From positions 1 through 56,528 of the forward strand of contig PMGP01000449.1 of the NCBI GenBank assembly GCA_003156235.1: a stretch of DNA of 56,528 nt, written 5' to 3'. The first letter of the stretch is position 1; each line of letters starts with the position of its first letter. The notes below the pieces were generated by a model that had not been told where the DNA came from, did not search any database, and saw nothing but the letters and a program-made list of their open reading frames with translations. Shown in pieces: positions 8,308 through 17,610 of this stretch. The translations under genes were made by a program, and so were the position numbers. This DNA is from Acidobacteriaceae bacterium (GTDB lineage Bacteria; Acidobacteriota; Terriglobia; Terriglobales; Acidobacteriaceae).

Positions 8308-10257
8308 TTATGCGTTTGGCGCTATAGCGCCCTGGCGAATGGAAGCCTGCAAGGTTCCATCCTCCATGCGCCTTATGAAACGGCCGAAGCTCACGGCGCG
8401 CAGAAGCTTGCCTTCATACGTCTCTTTGATAGCGGCATTTGGCCAACCGCCATTGGGCCAATCGTCGATGAGTTTGCCCATTGCGGGCATGTCGAGATAC
8501 TTGTTGGCCAGGTCGCTGCGTTGGATCCGTCCGATCTCCGCGACAATCTGCTTTCGATTGTCCTCCATCAGAGCAGCCGCATCCGCAGCCTGTCTGCCCC
8601 GGCGCAGCTCATCCCGCACCATCGAAGGGAGTCTATTCTCCATGGCGTCGCGAATGAGAGATCGCGGACGCCCTGCGCGACAGAATGCCTCCTCGGGCAG
8701 AGAAAGGCAGTATTCAAACAGCCGGCGGTCGCCCATTGGATCGACAAAGTCGTAGCCGAAGCGGCGTTTCGCTCCCGCAATGACCGCAGCACTATCAATC
8801 CGGGAGATGGCCTGCAGTCGGGCCAGCCTGGAGTTCTTCTGAGGAACGGTTGTGCTCGACACCAGTTTCGGAGACAGCCCGCTGCTTTTGAAGAAGCCGG
8901 GGCGAATGGGCGAATCCGAAAACAATCCAAGGGATGGCTGGTCCGAGTTTCGATCCAGGTGGAGAACGCGAGTCAACATGGAGCGAAAGCCTTCCCGCAT
9001 CGGACCGTATTTCAGAGAGAGGCTGAGGCTCTGCCTGACTCCGAATCCGTAGTTGCGCCTCTCAGCGATCAACTGCAGCCAATCGAAGATCCTGCCGTGG
9101 CCAAGCAACTCTACAAGGGCGTAGGAGCCATCGTAACTGGCTGCCAGGTTTCCAAACGCCGCTCGCATCAGCGTATGAATGCCCCTGCGCTGCGCCTCCA
9201 TGCCGATGCCAACCAGCCAGGGCGCATTAAAAACATTCAAGACGGGGGAATGACAATCGAATGAATAGAAATCCATCGCCTCAAGAAGTGGCGTGGCATT
9301 GTTGGGGACAAGGACGTGGTCGAGATTGGGGTAGAGTTCGGCAACGCTGGCGGCATGGAGGCTCTCGTCGCCAAACTTTTCCGCAGGCAGCCATTGATCG
9401 ATGGAATTGGCGGGCACGGCGGTAAAGGCGGTAGCCCTTCGGCCTTCCTTTGCGAGAATCTCCGCTGCCAGAGCAGTGACCGTGGAGCTGTCGAGGCCCC
9501 CGCTCAAGTGTGTGCCGATCATCTTGCCGGGGAGGATTCTGCATCGGACGGACTCCTGCATAAATTGCAGCAGGCCCACGGCGTACTCACGGGGATCGGC
9601 ACAACGAAGTTCGGCCCCATCTTCAGGCCGCCAATAGCGATTCAGATGGATCGTTTCATTCTCGAAGACCAGCACATGCCCTGCGGGAACGCGCCGTATA
9701 CCCTTGTACAGCGTTCCATCCCCGAGGCCCGGGTTCATGGTGAGCCATTGCGCCGCCTGATCGTCATCCGGTTCGATGGAAATCTCCGGACAGGCCAGCA
9801 GGCCCACAATCTCGCTGGCAAAACGAAAGACACCGCCGCTTTGCCAGTAGTACATGCCTTGCCTGCCGAAAACGTCACGACCAAGAATCAGACGGCGATG
9901 TTGAGCATCCCATAGAGCAAAGGAATACTCGCCGGTAACGTGGCGGGGGAATTCTTCTCGATAGCGAAGATAGGCATGCAGCAGGAGGTCAGCGTCTGAA
10001 ACGGCGGCGCCGAGACTGGAAGTACCGGGGAGGCTCAACTTATCGAGCAAACCAGGGCGATCGTGGATTGCTCCCTGCAACAGAAGAAGGAGATCGGGCT
10101 GCTCCGGAGCAGAGGACGCAAAGGATGCGTCGCCGCAGATTCCCATGCTGCCCGCGGAAAGCTGCCAACTTTGAAGAGAGTCTTCCGGGCGCAGCTTCAG
10201 TACAGCAAGAATCTGTCCAATGCCACCGGGAGCGCCGAGCAGGCCTGCAATCGCCAT
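8308..10257 (-). CDS. Lasso peptide cyclase (asparagine synthetase-like C protein)
   Basis: GEYSFALWD, RDVFG, FASE, HLSGGLDSS, DPMGDRRL. Lacks the N-terminal catalytic Cys of glutamine-dependent AsnB. Confidence 0.9.
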   Translation of the reverse strand: MAIAGLLGAPGGIGQILAVLKLRPEDSLQSWQLSAGSMGICGDASFASSAPEQPDLLLLLQGAIHDRPGLLDKLSLPGTSSLGAAVSDADLLLHAYLRYREEFPRHVTGEYSFALWDAQHRRLILGRDVFGRQGMYYWQSGGVFRFASEIVGLLACPEISIEPDDDQAAQWLTMNPGLGDGTLYKGIRRVPAGHVLVFENETIHLNRYWRPEDGAELRCADPREYAVGLLQFMQESVRCRILPGKMIGTHLSGGLDSSTVTALAAEILAKEGRRATAFTAVPANSIDQWLPAEKFGDESLHAASVAELYPNLDHVLVPNNATPLLEAMDFYSFDCHSPVLNVFNAPWLVGIGMEAQRRGIHTLMRAAFGNLAASYDGSYALVELLGHGRIFDWLQLIAERRNYGFGVRQSLSLSLKYGPMREGFRSMLTRVLHLDRNSDQPSLGLFSDSPIRPGFFKSSGLSPKLVSSTTVPQKNSRLARLQAISRIDSAAVIAGAKRRFGYDFVDPMGDRRLFEYCLSLPEEAFCRAGRPRSLIRDAMENRLPSMVRDELRRGRQAADAAALMEDNRKQIVAEIGRIQRSDLANKYLDMPAMGKLIDDWPNGGWPNAAIKETYEGKLLRAVSFGRFIRRMEDGTLQASIRQGAIAPNA

Positions 10258-10386
10258 ATTGTCGAGTCGTTACTTCTTTTCAATGCGCTCGAATAGAAAG
10301 ACGAGGATCATGGAAGTATCGCAAGATCGGACAGAGCATTAGCCGTGCTTGCATCAACCCGCCGGCGGCGCGTCCAACATGAGAAC

Positions 10387-10551
10387 TTATGACCAATAAC
10401 CGGACGAGTCATTATGCTTCGTGGGGGTGAAATTCATCTCCGCGTCTTCCGCGCTGTAAACATTCAACACGGGCGCATGCCACGGAGGATTGTTGGACGA
10501 CGTTTCCTGCTCGTTAACGAATGTCATACCTTCTTGCTTCTGATCGGGCAT
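10387..10551 (-). CDS. Lasso precursor peptide, 54 aa (46 aa from second Met): MPDQKQEGMTFVNEQETSSNNPPWHAPVLNVYSAEDAEMNFTPTKHNDSSGYWS
   Basis: Manual translation, below the ORF-track cutoff. WxxPxL RRE motif, Asp acceptor, C-terminal Ser; immediately upstream of the cyclase on the same strand. Confidence 0.85.
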   Translation of the reverse strand: MPDQKQEGMTFVNEQETSSNNPPWHAPVLNVYSAEDAEMNFTPTKHNDSSGYWS

Positions 10552-10670
10552 ACTCTACCTATTCTGGGGAATCCTGCAGCAATCATAAGGGGAAGGACGG
10601 GGGTCGAGTCAAGGTTACTTTTGGCGCCGCCGGGCGGGGCTTATCCGTAATCGCTGAAAGAAACAGTTGC

Positions 10671-11534
10671 TTACAAATAGCCAAGCCGTTTCATGACTGC
10701 GCCGTGGACGTTCTCGATCCTCTCGAGCAAGTGGATAGGAAGTTTCTCTTTTCCTTCGCCGGACCGGCCCTGACGGAAGAAGCGCGCCGCCGAGGGCACT
10801 TTTTCTCGAAACCCCCGCTTGTCTTCCTGTTCGCGAAGTGTAGAGAATCCGGCTGCCGCAGCGGCCTGGGCACATGCCTCCGCGGGAATGCCCAGAAACC
10901 TCGCAACCTTTTCTAGCTCACGGGCCGAGTCGGCGAGCATGTCTTCATAGCGAATCAAGAGCAGGGGCATGGCGGCATCGTCGAGCCAACTGGCGACATG
11001 CTCGCTCCAACTGCCAACCTGCTGCGATAGCTGGAGAGTCAAGCGGGATGAGCTCGATGCGTAGGTTTTGGTGGAATCCGCCATAGAATCGACGGCCGCT
11101 TCCAAATCCAAACCGAAAAAGTGAGCGAACGACACGGCCACATCGCGGGGATCGCGCACGATATAGACCGCGCCCCGGCTGACTTCGGGCGGGAAGACGC
11201 GCTCTCCCGAAGCGGTCAGCCAGCAACGGTCATGCACCTTGCGCAGAATGAGCGGGTCCTTTGAGGCGCGGGCAATGGCGCGATGCAACTCTGGCCGGAC
11301 TGCATCGATCTCCGGCGCGGCCAGGTCGCTGGATTCCACGCCAAAATGCTCCTCGAACTCCTCACGGTTGAGAATATGAGAATCGATCGATTCGTTGATG
11401 TCCACCGGCGCGCCCCCGTTGCGCAGACTTTGCAACATGATGCGCATCCAGGTATTGCCCGACTTGGGGTAGGAGACAAGCCAGCCGAATTGGCCGCCTT
11501 GGGCAGGCGCCGAATTTCCTCCCCTCAGATTCAT
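10671..11534 (-). CDS. PAPS-dependent sulfotransferase
   Basis: SYPKSGNTW (5'-PSB), YIVRDPRDVAVS (3'-PB), IRYEDM, FFRQG. Start placed at the ATG overlapping the upstream stop. Confidence 0.92.
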   Translation of the reverse strand: MNLRGGNSAPAQGGQFGWLVSYPKSGNTWMRIMLQSLRNGGAPVDINESIDSHILNREEFEEHFGVESSDLAAPEIDAVRPELHRAIARASKDPLILRKVHDRCWLTASGERVFPPEVSRGAVYIVRDPRDVAVSFAHFFGLDLEAAVDSMADSTKTYASSSSRLTLQLSQQVGSWSEHVASWLDDAAMPLLLIRYEDMLADSARELEKVARFLGIPAEACAQAAAAAGFSTLREQEDKRGFREKVPSAARFFRQGRSGEGKEKLPIHLLERIENVHGAVMKRLGYL

Positions 11535-12481
11535 AGGCCTCCTCCGAGCGCACTCAGTACCACATCCGCGCACCGGTCCAGATCGTCGAGAACCTTGGTT
11601 CGCCGCAATGCGAATAGTGCGGCGCCATTGGCAAGCGCTGTGAGGCCGCGAAACTCGCGCGCCGCGTTGCCGAGACTCCGTCCAATCTCTTGCTGGTATA
11701 CCAGCTCTTTGAAAGGGAAGAGTGCTGGAAGGCCATGCCGGCGAACCAGAACCGGCTCATCGACTGAACCGACTGATTCGATACTCACCATAAGTTCCAG
11801 AGGCCAGGCGCGCGCTTCCACGGCGGGTACGGCGACTGCGCGCTTGCCGTGTTCGAGTCGCGTAGGCAGGCGCTGTTCCCGTGGAATCTCGAGCCTGTCC
11901 ATCACATCCGGCCAGAGCCGGACTTGCGTCGTTCCCACCATGGCCTGCACAGATTGCCCGGAGTCGTCGGATATAAGGAGATCGTCGCTGAGAAGCAAAG
12001 CTCCCCGACGGACAAGCGCAGCCGCCAGAGCCGACTTCCCACTCGCGCAGGGACCGCTGAAGGCAATCGCCCGCCCGCCGAGAACCACGCAACTGGCATG
12101 CAACGGGAGCAGAGAGCGAAGATGCAGCACGATCCCGGCGACCGTGCCCAGCAGAATGGTCTCGATCTCAAATATCTCCGTGCCCGGCGCCGGCTGGACA
12201 ACGATGATCGTCATGTCGGCCGCCTGTATGGTCCCATGAATCCAGAATCGGGCAACAGTGGAGATATTGACCAACGCGGTTCTGTCGCTTCCGATCTGCA
12301 CAAAGGGACTCGACCAGATCGGTTTGGCCAGAGAATCCGGCGTTTCGCCAAAGCAAAGCTCGATCTCCGGCGCTTCATCGGATCCGAGTGCGGGCCATGC
12401 GGGAAGCGAATGCAATCGGAAGGGCGAGCGCAAGCGCAGACCGAAGAAGGAGTAATCCGGCAAATGGCCTGTCTCTGTCAT
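11531..12481 (-). CDS. HPr-kinase-like lasso peptide kinase 1
   Basis: LPLHASCV, GPCASGKS P-loop, LLSDD, RLWPD. Start at the ATGA overlap with cysC. Confidence 0.82.
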   Translation of the reverse strand: MTETGHLPDYSFFGLRLRSPFRLHSLPAWPALGSDEAPEIELCFGETPDSLAKPIWSSPFVQIGSDRTALVNISTVARFWIHGTIQAADMTIIVVQPAPGTEIFEIETILLGTVAGIVLHLRSLLPLHASCVVLGGRAIAFSGPCASGKSALAAALVRRGALLLSDDLLISDDSGQSVQAMVGTTQVRLWPDVMDRLEIPREQRLPTRLEHGKRAVAVPAVEARAWPLELMVSIESVGSVDEPVLVRRHGLPALFPFKELVYQQEIGRSLGNAAREFRGLTALANGAALFALRRTKVLDDLDRCADVVLSALGGGL

Positions 12482-13080
12482 TCTGGATTCCCCGCATCCT
12501 CCGGTCCGCGCGTGTGACCAAGCACCAGAGAAACCACCTTTGCCACGCATTCCTGGATGGTCTCTTCATCCGTGCGGCAACGCAACTCCGGCGCAAGCGG
12601 CGGTTCGTATGGATCGTCGATACCGGCAATGTGGTGCAGTTCTCCGGCGCGCGCTCTGCGGTAAAGACCGATAGGGTCCCGCATCTCGCACACCGCCAGG
12701 GGAGCATCGACATGCACTTCAACGAACGCGCCTATACTGTGGCGCGCTTCGTCGCGAGCATCCCGGTAGGGCGAAACGGCTGCGACCAGAACGACGACTC
12801 CATGCCGGGTGAGCAGATTGGCTATATACGCAATGCGCCGGATGTTTTCGTCGCGGTCGGCCTTGGTAAAGCCGAGATCGCGATTGAGATGCTTGCGCAG
12901 ATCGTCGGCGTCAAGCACTTCCGTGCGCAGGTCGAGATTTGCCAACTCCGCGGCTACAGTCCGCGCAAGCGTGCTCTTCCCCGTCGCGCTGAGGCCTGTG
13001 AACCAAACCGTCAATCCTTGAGGGGTTCGCATCGGTGCATGGAGGGGCGCTGAGCTTTGCTCCGCCAGGGCCCTTTTCAT
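12478..13080 (-). CDS. cysC: Adenylyl-sulfate (APS) kinase
   Basis: VWFTGLSATGKST, LDADDLR, DLGFTKADRDENIRRI, VSPY, RDP.GLY, GIDDPYEPP. Confidence 0.95.
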   Translation of the reverse strand: MKRALAEQSSAPLHAPMRTPQGLTVWFTGLSATGKSTLARTVAAELANLDLRTEVLDADDLRKHLNRDLGFTKADRDENIRRIAYIANLLTRHGVVVLVAAVSPYRDARDEARHSIGAFVEVHVDAPLAVCEMRDPIGLYRRARAGELHHIAGIDDPYEPPLAPELRCRTDEETIQECVAKVVSLVLGHTRGPEDAGNPE

Positions 13081-13376
13081 CCTCCCACTACCGCAATCAA
13101 CTCATGTTCCAGAAGTTTGTTCAAAAGAGTCAGCACATCGGCGGTAACCGTTGCGGCCTCGGCGTGGTATTTGGCCGCGAGAGACTGGCAGAGCGAGGCG
13201 ACGGAGACGGGCTGCTCCAGACTGCGCCAGATTTCGCTGCCGATATCGTCCAGGCTGTAATAATAGCCCCGTTCAAGATTCATCAGGACAACTTCTTCGC
13301 AAATCTGCGAAGCCAGAGCTTTGCCGCTCCACGCCACGGTGTCTTCGATCTCTATGCGATGGTGAGCAGGGGGCAT
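13077..13376 (-). CDS. PqqD-family RiPP recognition element (lasso B1/E)
   Basis: EVVLMNLERGYYYSLDDIGSEIW..L...L...Y....DV..LL..L...LI pattern; 99 aa. Confidence 0.92.
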   Translation of the reverse strand: MPPAHHRIEIEDTVAWSGKALASQICEEVVLMNLERGYYYSLDDIGSEIWRSLEQPVSVASLCQSLAAKYHAEAATVTADVLTLLNKLLEHELIAVVGG

Positions 13377-13449
13377 GTACGATTCTCCGTAATGCTGAAA
13401 ATGTCGATTTCATTGATTTGATAAAGTTTAATTATCAGATAAAGTCCCG

Positions 13450-14391
13450 TCAACCGCTCCAGGAGGAAAAAGAAGCTGGGACTCGATGAGCGCCTTCCAG
13501 CATCGCTATGGTTGCCCCAATCCTTTTCAGGTCGAAGTTCCTGCGCAATTCAAATATCGGTACAGTTGCCGCAATCCCCGCGGAGGAACGGAAAAGGGAC
13601 GCTCTGCGCCCAAGAAGATTCCCCGCCCTGGGGCGAAAGATCTGGCTCTCCAGCAGCGCCAAACGCTTCAAGCCGGGTACATCGACAATCGAATCCGGTT
13701 CTTCGTTCTGCGTTCTCTCGAGAAAGTAAATGGCTTCCAGCGGAACGGGATTCCTTGCGAAGGAGCGGACCGGCTCAAAGCGGAAGTGATGTTTCCCCTG
13801 CAAGCTGAGCCCTGCCTGCTCCGCTTCAACGCCGAAGATCGCCTGGAGCGAAGCGGGCAAGAGCTTGACTCGCGGAAATGCCGGCAACACTACCCAGCCT
13901 CGATTCGTTTTCGTGATCACGCAGACATCGTCCGCCATCAATGAATATCCGCGATGGGCCAGCGCCGCCGCCAGGGTCGATTTGCCGGAACCGGAGTTGC
14001 CGGAGAAGATAACCGCCCCCTCGCCCAGTTGAAGACACGACCCATGCAGAGGAAAAACTCCGCGCTGGTGGCAGACCAGCCCCAGTCCGGTTCCAAACAG
14101 ATAGTTGCGCAGTTCGATAGAATCGGGAGAGGTGAACGGGTCGATGACAATTTCACGGCCATCGCGCACGGAAAACGTGACGACATTGGGAATCTCAAGC
14201 CTGCACAGCCCGGTGTCGTCCACGGTAAGCCGCCGCGTTGATGCCACGATCTTCTGGAGCGGTGGAACCTCTCCCAGTCGAATGCGGATATCCACCGCCG
14301 CGCCGGGGTCTTCCCAAGGGAGCAATTCAGGCAGGCATATCTCCGACTGGACACGCCAACCGCAAAGAAAGGCATCGGATAGTATGGACAT
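13450..14391 (-). CDS. HPr-kinase-like lasso peptide kinase 2
   Basis: FPLHGSC, GNSGSGKST, LMADD, PAFPRVKL. Start set at MSILSD after a GGAAGG RBS. Confidence 0.85.
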   Translation of the reverse strand: MSILSDAFLCGWRVQSEICLPELLPWEDPGAAVDIRIRLGEVPPLQKIVASTRRLTVDDTGLCRLEIPNVVTFSVRDGREIVIDPFTSPDSIELRNYLFGTGLGLVCHQRGVFPLHGSCLQLGEGAVIFSGNSGSGKSTLAAALAHRGYSLMADDVCVITKTNRGWVVLPAFPRVKLLPASLQAIFGVEAEQAGLSLQGKHHFRFEPVRSFARNPVPLEAIYFLERTQNEEPDSIVDVPGLKRLALLESQIFRPRAGNLLGRRASLFRSSAGIAATVPIFELRRNFDLKRIGATIAMLEGAHRVPASFSSWSG

Positions 14392-14697
14392 GCGGTCTGC
14401 CTTCCATGGGTCTGCGCCTGAACGGCGCAAGTCGCGAGGAGGAAGAATCCCCCGAGACTGAGGACAAAACGAAACGCTTTCATTGATTTGGCTCCTTGAG
14501 TATATATCTTTCATTCAAGCCGGTAAATAGCATTCCTTCGAGCCAGTGATCGTGTATATCAATAGCGCGAAAGGCTCTAGTTAAATTTACTGGAAGCGAT
14601 TGCGGAGCTTGCCGGTATGGTTTTAGGTTACTTATACATGGGGTAATGGAACTAGAGACGCATATCAAGCGAAGGAAGGCCGCCGGAGCGGGACGAA

Positions 14698-14726
14698 TTG
14701 CGCTGGCCTCGGCATTTTGCTACTAT
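14698..14726 (+). promoter_or_regulatory. Sigma70-type promoter of the cysDNH operon
   Basis: TTGCGC-17 bp-TACTAT with an extended TG; leader ATG 10 nt downstream. Confidence 0.55.
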
Positions 14727-14736
14727 TGGTTTACGC

Positions 14737-14805
14737 ATGGTTCGCGCCTCCCAACGCCGCTCTTGTTGTTGCCTGTCGATGATTTTCGACGGGTGTATGC
14801 TCTAG
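14737..14805 (+). CDS. Cys-rich leader peptide MVRASQRRSCCCLSMIFDGCML (22 aa) upstream of cysD
   Basis: Manual translation; TGT TGT TGC at 14764-14772, plus one more Cys and two internal Met. Confidence 0.75.
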   Translation: MVRASQRRSCCCLSMIFDGCML

Positions 14806-14916
14806 TCTCTGATTCCTCTCCAGCAATACATCAGAAGACGCACCCATCGCTGAAAAGCCGGTGTGCGGACCCGCAGCATTGGCCCTCAGCGATTCAACTA
14901 CTGAAAGAGGTCATGC

Positions 14917-15885
14917 ATGCCGGTCGCTGAATCCGTATCTCCCCCATCGACGCCAGCGAGCGCATTCGCTCCACAACGCCTCAGCCATCTGCGCCTGCTG
15001 GAGGCGGAGAGTATCCACATTCTGCGCGAAGTAGCCTCGGAATTTGAGCGGCCCGTCATGCTCTACTCGATCGGCAAGGATTCCTCCGTCATGTTGCGGC
15101 TGGCGCAGAAAGCCTTCTATCCCGCGCCGATTCCCTTTCCTCTGCTACACGTGGACACCGGCTTCAAATTCGCCGAGATGCTTACCTTTCGCGATGAGAT
15201 GGCCCGCTTGGTGGGCGCGGAGCTGCTGGTCTGGCGTAATGAAGCTGCCATTGCCGCGGGTACGAATCCCATTGTGCTCGATACCAAGCGCTGCTGCGGG
15301 TTATTGAAGACGCAGGCGTTGCTCGATGCGCTGCGCCACTACAACTTTGATGCGGCCTTCGGCGGCGCGCGGCGCGATGAAGAGAAATCCCGCGCCAAGG
15401 AGCGTATCTACTCCTTCCGCGACAGCGCCGGACAATGGGATCCGAAGAACCAGCGTCCTGAGCTGTGGAATCTCTACAATGCGCGCATCCATCCCGGCGA
15501 AAGCATACGCGTTTTTCCACTCTCCAACTGGACGGAGATGGATGTCTGGCAATACATCCACGAAGAAAATATTCCTGTCGTCGATCTTTACTTTGCCAAA
15601 GAGCGGCCCATGTACGTGCGCCCAATGAGCACGGGTCAGGACGCGCTCCTCCCAGTCGAACAAGCCTTCGTGGCGAGGAAGGGTGAGCAACCCCAGATGA
15701 TCAAGTCGCGCCTGCGCTCGCTGGGATGCAGTCCATGCACGGGCGCGATTCGCTCCGACGCTGACACCATCCCCGCCATTATCGCGGAGCTGCTCTCGTT
15801 TCGTTCGTCCGAGCGCGCCAATCGCGCGATCGACCACGACCAGGAAGGGTCCATGGAATTGAAGAAGCGGGAGGGATACTTCTAA
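14917..15885 (+). CDS. cysD: Sulfate adenylyltransferase subunit 2
   Basis: [57 protein letters not shown]. Confidence 0.97.
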   Translation: MPVAESVSPPSTPASAFAPQRLSHLRLLEAESIHILREVASEFERPVMLYSIGKDSSVMLRLAQKAFYPAPIPFPLLHVDTGFKFAEMLTFRDEMARLVGAELLVWRNEAAIAAGTNPIVLDTKRCCGLLKTQALLDALRHYNFDAAFGGARRDEEKSRAKERIYSFRDSAGQWDPKNQRPELWNLYNARIHPGESIRVFPLSNWTEMDVWQYIHEENIPVVDLYFAKERPMYVRPMSTGQDALLPVEQAFVARKGEQPQMIKSRLRSLGCSPCTGAIRSDADTIPAIIAELLSFRSSERANRAIDHDQEGSMELKKREGYF

Positions 15886-17610
15886 ATGGCGGCACTCTTG
15901 GCACCCTCCCTCTCGGTAGGCGAGTTTCTCGCCGAAGAGCGCGAAAAGGATTTGCTGCGCTTTTCGACTGCGGGCAGCGTGGACGACGGAAAGTCCACGC
16001 TCATCGGCCGCCTGCTCTACGATACGCAGTCGGTCTATGAAGATCAGGTGCGTTCGATTGAAGGCAAAGGAACCACCGCTCCCGGACAGATTGACTTTGC
16101 ATTGCTCACCGACGGCCTGCGCGCCGAGCGCGAACAGGGCATCACCATCGATGTGGCCTATCGCTACTTCTCCACGCCGCGCCGCAAGTTCATCATTGCC
16201 GACACGCCGGGACACGAGCAGTACACGCGCAACATGGCCACCGGCGCGTCTACGGCCGATGCAGCGGTCGTGTTGATCGACGCCAGCAAAGGCGTACTGA
16301 TTCAGTCCCGCCGTCACGCTTACATTGCATCGCTGCTGCGCGTACGCCACGTGATTGTTGCGGTCAACAAGATGGATCTGATCGGCTACGGCGAAGCAGT
16401 CTTCCGCGCCATCGAACTGGACTTCACTTCTGTCCTCAATCAGATTGCAGCCGATACGGGTACTCCGGTCGAAGTCCGCTTCGTTCCGGTCAGCGCGTTG
16501 GTCGGGGACAACATCGTACATCGTTCCAATGCAATGCGTTGGTACACAGGCCCATCGCTGCTGGCGCTGCTGGAGTCGTTGCCATCGGCGCTCGAAACGC
16601 GCACCGCCCCCTTTCGTTTTCCCGTGCAGCGGGTACTGCGCCCCGATCACACTTTTCGTGGATTCGCCGGTCAAGTTGCTTCAGGAACCGTTCGACCGGG
16701 CGACAAGATTACAGTGCTTCCCTCCGGCAGAAGCGCGGAGGTCGCGCGCATCGTCACTTTCGATGGCGACCTTGACGAAGCACTTGCGCCGCAATCGGTC
16801 ACGCTGGTTCTGGATCGCGAACTCGACATCAGCCGCGGCGATCTGCTCGTCTCCTCGCGCGCGCAGGCAGTTGTCGCAAAGCGCATTCAGGCAGCGCTTG
16901 TCTGGATGGATTCGCGTCCGCTCCAGCGCAACCGCCGTTATCTACTCAAGCACACCAGCCAGACGGTGCCCGCATTTGTTTCCGCAATCAAGCATCGCAC
17001 CAACATCGGCACGCTGGCTCACGAAGCCGCCGATATGCTGGAAATGAACGGCATCGGCGTCGTCAGCATCGATCTGCTGCGACCGATAGCTCTTGACCTC
17101 TACCGCGAAAATCGCTCGACCGGCGCATTCATTTTGATTGACGCCGAAACCAACAGCACCGTCGCTGCCGGAATGATCACCGCGGCTAAAGCGGTCGCGG
17201 CAGCGGGCGATCATTTTCATGCAGATGCCTGGGGTCCGGTAACAGCCGGCGAAAGAGAAGCGCGCTGGGGACATCGCGGCGCGATTCTCGAAGTGAGCGG
17301 TCCGGTTGAGTTGCTTGATTCCATCGAGCGTTCCCTATTTTCTGCCGGTGTAGTTTCCGTTCGTATCGAAGCCGATGATGAAACCTTTCTTCTTCATCCC
17401 GGCCTGCTGGAGATCGTTACTCGATCGCAACTTCAATCCGGCTTGCTTGCGCTGGTTGTGAAGGCGAACGAAGGCGGAGCGTTGCTCGCTCGCACAGAAG
17501 GACAGGAAATTACTCTCGACGCGAACGATCCAATTCGCGCGGTCTCTGCCGTTCATCAACTCCTGCACAGCGCGGGCATCTTCATCTCTTCAGAAAGGGC
17601 AGGCCTCTGA
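15886..17610 (+). CDS. cysN: Sulfate adenylyltransferase subunit 1 (GTPase) with degenerate C-terminal extension
   Basis: GSVDDGKSTLIGRLL, REQGITIDVAYRYF, DTPGHEQYTRNM, NKMD, GAFILID. Confidence 0.95.
   Translation: MAALLAPSLSVGEFLAEEREKDLLRFSTAGSVDDGKSTLIGRLLYDTQSVYEDQVRSIEGKGTTAPGQIDFALLTDGLRAEREQGITIDVAYRYFSTPRRKFIIADTPGHEQYTRNMATGASTADAAVVLIDASKGVLIQSRRHAYIASLLRVRHVIVAVNKMDLIGYGEAVFRAIELDFTSVLNQIAADTGTPVEVRFVPVSALVGDNIVHRSNAMRWYTGPSLLALLESLPSALETRTAPFRFPVQRVLRPDHTFRGFAGQVASGTVRPGDKITVLPSGRSAEVARIVTFDGDLDEALAPQSVTLVLDRELDISRGDLLVSSRAQAVVAKRIQAALVWMDSRPLQRNRRYLLKHTSQTVPAFVSAIKHRTNIGTLAHEAADMLEMNGIGVVSIDLLRPIALDLYRENRSTGAFILIDAETNSTVAAGMITAAKAVAAAGDHFHADAWGPVTAGEREARWGHRGAILEVSGPVELLDSIERSLFSAGVVSVRIEADDETFLLHPGLLEIVTRSQLQSGLLALVVKANEGGALLARTEGQEITLDANDPIRAVSAVHQLLHSAGIFISSERAGL

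Noticed and set aside
8308-10257. Housekeeping asparagine synthetase AsnB
   Set aside because: No N-terminal catalytic Cys, and it is flanked by B2, RRE and a precursor.
10582-10612. Dedicated precursor promoter TTGACT...TATGAT (minus strand)
   Set aside because: The spacer is 19 bp; plausible but not supportable without start-site data.
14806-14916. SAM riboswitch upstream of cysD (also considered for 5640-5900)
   Set aside because: No SAM-I core motifs recognisable; the Cys-rich uORFs explain these leaders better. An Rfam scan would settle it.
15301-16674. 457-aa minus-strand ORF; likewise 21055-22713, 38557-39894, 18088-19128 and 48501-49508
   Set aside because: Antisense shadows of well-supported high-GC genes.
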